A stretch of DNA of 64,000 bases from Candidatus Enterousia sp. (lineage in GTDB: Bacteria; Pseudomonadota; Alphaproteobacteria; Rs-D84). The position numbers and the translations under genes were made by a program. Below the pieces are notes generated by a model. That model was given only the letters and a program-made list of their open reading frames with translations. It did no database searches and was not told the origin of the DNA. The stretch covers positions 11,635 to 75,634 of the forward strand of contig JAZTWM010000007.1 of the NCBI GenBank assembly GCA_045635825.1, written 5' to 3'. Of this stretch, positions 60,339 through 64,000 are shown piece after piece; the stretch's first letter is position 1; each line of letters starts with the position of its first letter.

Positions 60339-60482
60339 CTACTTTGGCATATTACCAAAATTTGGTGGCACAATCAGTTTATGATTTTGTTCAACAATTG
60401 GTTCAACCTCGCACTTTTTGGCGCAACCCACCAAAACCACCGGCACACACATAAACATTAACAACAAAAAAAACTTCTTCAT
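60339..60482 (-). CDS. Small lipoprotein, 47 aa (not in ORF track)
   Basis: GGGGGA RBS; MKKFFLLLMFMCVPVVLVGCAKKCEVEPIVEQNHKLIVPPNFGNMPK with lipobox LVGC. Confidence 0.7.
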   Translation of the reverse strand: MKKFFLLLMFMCVPVVLVGCAKKCEVEPIVEQNHKLIVPPNFGNMPK

Positions 60483-60533
60483 AACGTTCCCCCTGGTCTA
60501 ACAATTGGGTGCGAAAAACGCACCCAATATAAA

Positions 60534-62267
60534 TTACAATGGCATCTTTACGCTTTCTTGCATCATTTCAACAAATGCATCCAGTGACATAGATTCCTGC
60601 TGTTCAACACCTAATCTACGCAATGTAACATTTTTGTCCGCCATTTCCTTTTCACCAACAACTGCGATAATTGGCGTTTTTGCCAACGACAATTCACGGA
60701 TTTTATAGTTCACCTTTTCATCACGCAAATCCGCACGTGCATTTACACCTGCGTCTCTCAATGCATTCACAGCCTCCATTGCATATTCTGCATGCTTTTG
60801 TGAAATTGGGGTAACAACCACAGGCTCTGGCGAGAACCACAAAGGCAAATTACCACCCGTTGATTCCAACAAGATTCCCATAAAACGTTCAATTGAACCC
60901 AACATTGCACGATGCAACATAATTGGACGATGTTTTTCACCATCTTCACCAACATAGGATAAATCGAATCGTTCTGGCAAATTCATATCCAACTGAACCG
61001 TACCGCACTGCCATACACGCCCCATAGAATCACGCAGATAATTGTCAATCTTTGGACCATAGAACGCCGCATCCCCTTCGGCAATTTCGTATTCAATACC
61101 ATTGGCATCCAAAGCATGTTTCAATGCACCTTCGGCCTTGTCCCAGATTTCATCTGACCCGATACGGAATTCAGATTCTTTTCTGGTTGCCAATTTCATG
61201 GTAATTTTATCAAAGCCAAACTTACCATAAATATCCTTAATAAAACGCAAGATTTTAACAACCTCTTCTTCCAACTGTTCTTCAGTACAGAAGATATGTG
61301 CGTCATCTTGTGTAAACTCACGCACACGCATCAAGCCTGACAAACCACCCGCTGCTTCATAACGATGCACCTTACCAAACTCTGCCATATACAGTGGTAA
61401 ATCCTTATAAGAACGCAGACCATGTCCAAACACCAACATACCACCTGGACATGACATAGGCTTAATACAGAACACTTTACCATCTTGGGTTTTACCAGAA
61501 TAGTTATGTTCACCATATTTTGCCCAGTGCCCTGATCTTTCCCACAAACATCTATCCATAACTGCAGGCGTTGAAATTTCTTGATAACCTGCTTTTTCCT
61601 GACGGGCACGAACATATTCAATCAAACGACGATACATTTTGTACCCTTTGTCATGCCAGAACACCGCACCTGGGGCATACTCTGGTTCAAAGTGGAACAA
61701 GTCCATATCTTTACCCAATTTACGATTATCACGCGCAGCCGCTTCTTCTTGCATTTTCAAGAACTCATCCAGTTCTTCTTTTGTTGCGAACGCATCAACA
61801 TAAATACGTTGCAACATTTTATTTTTTGAATCACCTTTCCAATATGCACCTGCAACGCTGCGGATTTTAAATCCATCACGTGGCAAATCTTTTGAACTTT
61901 CAACGTGTGGTCCACGGCACAAATCCGTAAAGTCACGGAAAGTATAGATAGATAAGGCTTCGCCTGCCGCATCATATTCATTCAACCATTCCATTTTATA
62001 TGGCTGGTCTGCAAAGATTTCTTTGGCTTCGTCCAGCGATACATTACGTTGTTCAAAGCGCCCATTTGATTTAATCAAATCACGCATTTCTTTTTCGATT
62101 TGTGCAAAATCTTCTTCAGAAAAACGATATTCTGTATCAAAGTCATAATAGAAACCGTTTTCAATTGCTGGACCACCCGCAAATTTAACCTCTGGGTGTA
62201 ATTTTTTAACTGCCGCTGCCATAACATGTGCCAGCGAATGACGCATCAATTCGATATCATATGCCAT
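60534..62267 (-). CDS. thrS: Threonine-tRNA ligase (lacks N-terminal TGS domain)
   Basis: RHSLAH, DLCRGPH, KPMSCP, GLMRVREFTQDDAH, AAFYGPK, HRA. Confidence 0.97.
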   Translation of the reverse strand: MAYDIELMRHSLAHVMAAAVKKLHPEVKFAGGPAIENGFYYDFDTEYRFSEEDFAQIEKEMRDLIKSNGRFEQRNVSLDEAKEIFADQPYKMEWLNEYDAAGEALSIYTFRDFTDLCRGPHVESSKDLPRDGFKIRSVAGAYWKGDSKNKMLQRIYVDAFATKEELDEFLKMQEEAAARDNRKLGKDMDLFHFEPEYAPGAVFWHDKGYKMYRRLIEYVRARQEKAGYQEISTPAVMDRCLWERSGHWAKYGEHNYSGKTQDGKVFCIKPMSCPGGMLVFGHGLRSYKDLPLYMAEFGKVHRYEAAGGLSGLMRVREFTQDDAHIFCTEEQLEEEVVKILRFIKDIYGKFGFDKITMKLATRKESEFRIGSDEIWDKAEGALKHALDANGIEYEIAEGDAAFYGPKIDNYLRDSMGRVWQCGTVQLDMNLPERFDLSYVGEDGEKHRPIMLHRAMLGSIERFMGILLESTGGNLPLWFSPEPVVVTPISQKHAEYAMEAVNALRDAGVNARADLRDEKVNYKIRELSLAKTPIIAVVGEKEMADKNVTLRRLGVEQQESMSLDAFVEMMQESVKMPL

Positions 62268-62354
62268 AATAAATACCTTCTTTGTTTTATATTAAAGTTT
62301 ATGTTTTTTGCTGTTTGATTATAAGATAGAAACGCGATTTATCGCAAATAGAAA

Positions 62355-62411
62355 TTACACCCCCAACGGGGTTGTAGTTGTTGTTGTAAAGATAATCTTA
62401 AACAAATCCAT
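62355..62411 (-). CDS. Putative thrS leader peptide MDLFKIIFTTTTTTPLGV
   Basis: ATG at 62411; ACA ACA ACA ACT ACA ACC run; TAA at 62355-62357, 87 nt upstream of thrS. Confidence 0.75.
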   Translation of the reverse strand: MDLFKIIFTTTTTTPLGV

Positions 62412-62418
62412 GAATACT

Positions 62419-62447
62419 ATGGTATTACTATCTTAATAAAAAATCAA
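62419..62447 (-). promoter_or_regulatory. Sigma70 promoter for the leader transcript, apparently leaderless
   Basis: TTGATT-N17-TACCAT-N7-ATG. Confidence 0.55.
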
Positions 62448-62473
62448 GCTATCTTTTTCCAAATTAAAAAAAT

Positions 62474-62545
62474 AAAAGATAATGGCACAGAATACGGGCG
62501 GGGGCGACAACGTAGTGTACAGAAGTTACATGAGGTTACCTACCC
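62474..62545. repeat. Palindromic repeat copy 3 (degenerate)
   Basis: AAAAGATAATGGCACAG...CGTAGTGTACAGAAGTTACATGAGGTT core; outer stem eroded. Confidence 0.75.
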
Positions 62546-62569
62546 AAAAACTTCATCAGGGGTAAAAAC

Positions 62570-62655
62570 AAAAGATAACTGCACAGATGCAAGTAAACCC
62601 GCAACCGTAGTGTACAGAAGTTACATGAGGTTGCGGGTTTGCTTGCAGATATGCC
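62570..62655. repeat. Palindromic repeat copy 4
   Basis: AAAAGATAA...TGCAAG..AAACCCGCAACC-GTAG-TGTA-CAGAAGT-TACA-TGA-GGTTGCGGGTTT.CTTGCA-GATATGCC. Confidence 0.88.
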
Positions 62656-62673
62656 TTTAGATTTTGTTTTTAT

Positions 62674-63390
62674 TTATGCTGCGGCTGTGAAAACCTTCTG
62701 CACATCATCATTTGCATCCAGTGCATCAACCAATTTTTCTAGTTTTGCATATGCTTCATCATCTAAATCCATCGGCATATTTGGAATCCATGTCAATTCT
62801 GCCTGTTCTGGTTCACCCAATTTATCTGCCAAATACTTCTGTGCAGTAATAAAATCTTCTGGTTTTGTTGTGATGATAAAGCCTTCCTCGGACGTTTCCA
62901 AATTGTCCGCATTTGCTTCCATAATAATTTCCATCATTTCATCTTCGGTCTTACCGATTGATGCTGGGTACATAATTTGACCGGCACGTGTAAACATAAA
63001 GACAACACTGCCCTCTTCGCCCATATTACCACCATTCTTGCCAAAGATATTACGAATTTCTGGCACTGTACGACGTGGATTATCAGTCAAAGCCTCTACG
63101 ATAACTGGCACCGCACCTGGACCATAACCTTCATAGCGTACCGCTTCGTAATTTTCTGTATTTGCACCTGATGCTTTTTCAATTGCACGTTTAATATTGT
63201 CATTTGGCATTGAATTTTTACGTGCTGTCAAAATTGCCAAACGCAGACGTGGGTTATTATCTGGATTTTTATCACCCAACTTTGCCGCCATTGTAATTTC
63301 ACGTGCTAATTTTGTAAACAAACCACTACGGGCTGCGTCTGCTGCACCCTTTTTGTGTTGAATGTTATGCCATTTACTGTGTCCACTCAT
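62674..63390 (-). CDS. yebC: YebC/PmpR family protein
   Basis: MSGHSKWHNIQHKKG, NPRLR, YEGYGPG, TDNPRRT, DDVQKV. Confidence 0.95.
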   Translation of the reverse strand: MSGHSKWHNIQHKKGAADAARSGLFTKLAREITMAAKLGDKNPDNNPRLRLAILTARKNSMPNDNIKRAIEKASGANTENYEAVRYEGYGPGAVPVIVEALTDNPRRTVPEIRNIFGKNGGNMGEEGSVVFMFTRAGQIMYPASIGKTEDEMMEIIMEANADNLETSEEGFIITTKPEDFITAQKYLADKLGEPEQAELTWIPNMPMDLDDEAYAKLEKLVDALDANDDVQKVFTAAA

Positions 63391-63440
63391 ATTTGACCTT
63401 TTTATTTATTTAGATTAAAATTACCCCAAAAGGATAACAA

Positions 63441-64000
63441 ATGATTGGAAAATTGCAAGGCATAGTTAACTATATTGGTGATGGCTATGTTATTTTAATG
63501 GTGAACGGTGTCGGATACAAGGTTCATACTGCCGAATACCTGACCCACAAATCAACGGTTGAACTGTGGATTGAAACCGTTGTCCGCGAAGATTCCATCC
63601 GCCTATTTGGCTTTACAACCCTGAACGGTCAAAACCTATTTAATATGTTAACAGGCGTGTCGGGTGTTGGTCCCAAGGTTGCCCTGGCTATACTTGGTAC
63701 AATCAGCACAGACACCCTGATGTCTGCAATCGCAACAGGTGATGCCAAAACAATCGCCACCGCACCTGGGGTTGGTAAAAAAATGGCTGAAAAAATCATT
63801 GTTGAATTAAAGAACAAAATTGGTGGTGTATCGGCAACGTTATTTACCCCTGACACAACTACAGGGGGTGCCGGCTCTGCCCTGCCTGATTTGCTAATGG
63901 CATTGGAATCCTTGGGCTATCGCCGACTGGACATCATAGAAATGGCACAAAAATTGGTAAACCAAAACCCATCAGCCGATGTATCAAAACTGGTCCCAAT
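63441..64000 (+). CDS. ruvA: Holliday junction branch migration protein RuvA (3' truncated)
   Basis: AAGGA RBS; MIGKLQG...NGVGYKV...VREDSIRLFGF...GVSGVGPKVAL...PGVGKKMAEKIIVELK. Confidence 0.93.
   Translation, partial: MIGKLQGIVNYIGDGYVILMVNGVGYKVHTAEYLTHKSTVELWIETVVREDSIRLFGFTTLNGQNLFNMLTGVSGVGPKVALAILGTISTDTLMSAIATGDAKTIATAPGVGKKMAEKIIVELKNKIGGVSATLFTPDTTTGGAGSALPDLLMALESLGYRRLDIIEMAQKLVNQNPSADVSKLVP

Noticed and set aside
62500-62640. Repeat hairpins as tRNA-Thr anticodon mimics (E. coli-type thrS operator)
   Set aside because: The 7-nt loop (ACUUCUG on the mRNA strand) has no NGU anticodon, lies upstream of the predicted promoter, and also occurs at trxB

Overview
64 kb of bacterial chromosomal backbone. 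MucR/Ros, the RHH_4-type regulator, the CxxxxC J-domain protein and the DksA and FtsL-FtsI forms point to an alphaproteobacterium, probably a reduced-genome, host-associated deep lineage (Rs-D84/'Enterousia'-like; this is inference). Most genes are housekeeping (gatB, miaB, tatABC, lolA, recJ, ftsI, suf, trxAB, dksA, gltX, trmB, rarA, ftsK, serS, typA, secDF-yajC, mutL, greA, lptF/G, xerD, thrS, yebC, ruvA, tRNA-Lys). No prophage, transposase or CRISPR array was seen. The main non-obvious signals are: (1) a Thr6 leader peptide (MDLFKIIFTTTTTTPLGV, absent from the ORF track) with hairpins directly upstream of thrS; (2) four copies, in two tandem pairs, of a ~95-105 nt covarying hairpin repeat whose core resembles Rickettsia palindromic elements; (3) an operon encoding an apparently dead HNH-toxin homolog and a SUKH/SMI1-like protein; (4) several intact genes lacking catalytic residues (SodC-, DeoC-, HNH-, ACP- and CtpA-like); (5) a YbeY-Lnt fusion and a membrane-anchored GH24 lysozyme-TPR protein; (6) large secreted Cys-rich proteins; (7) strong strand skew and several apparently leaderless genes. 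All family assignments come from motifs read by eye; no database searches were run.
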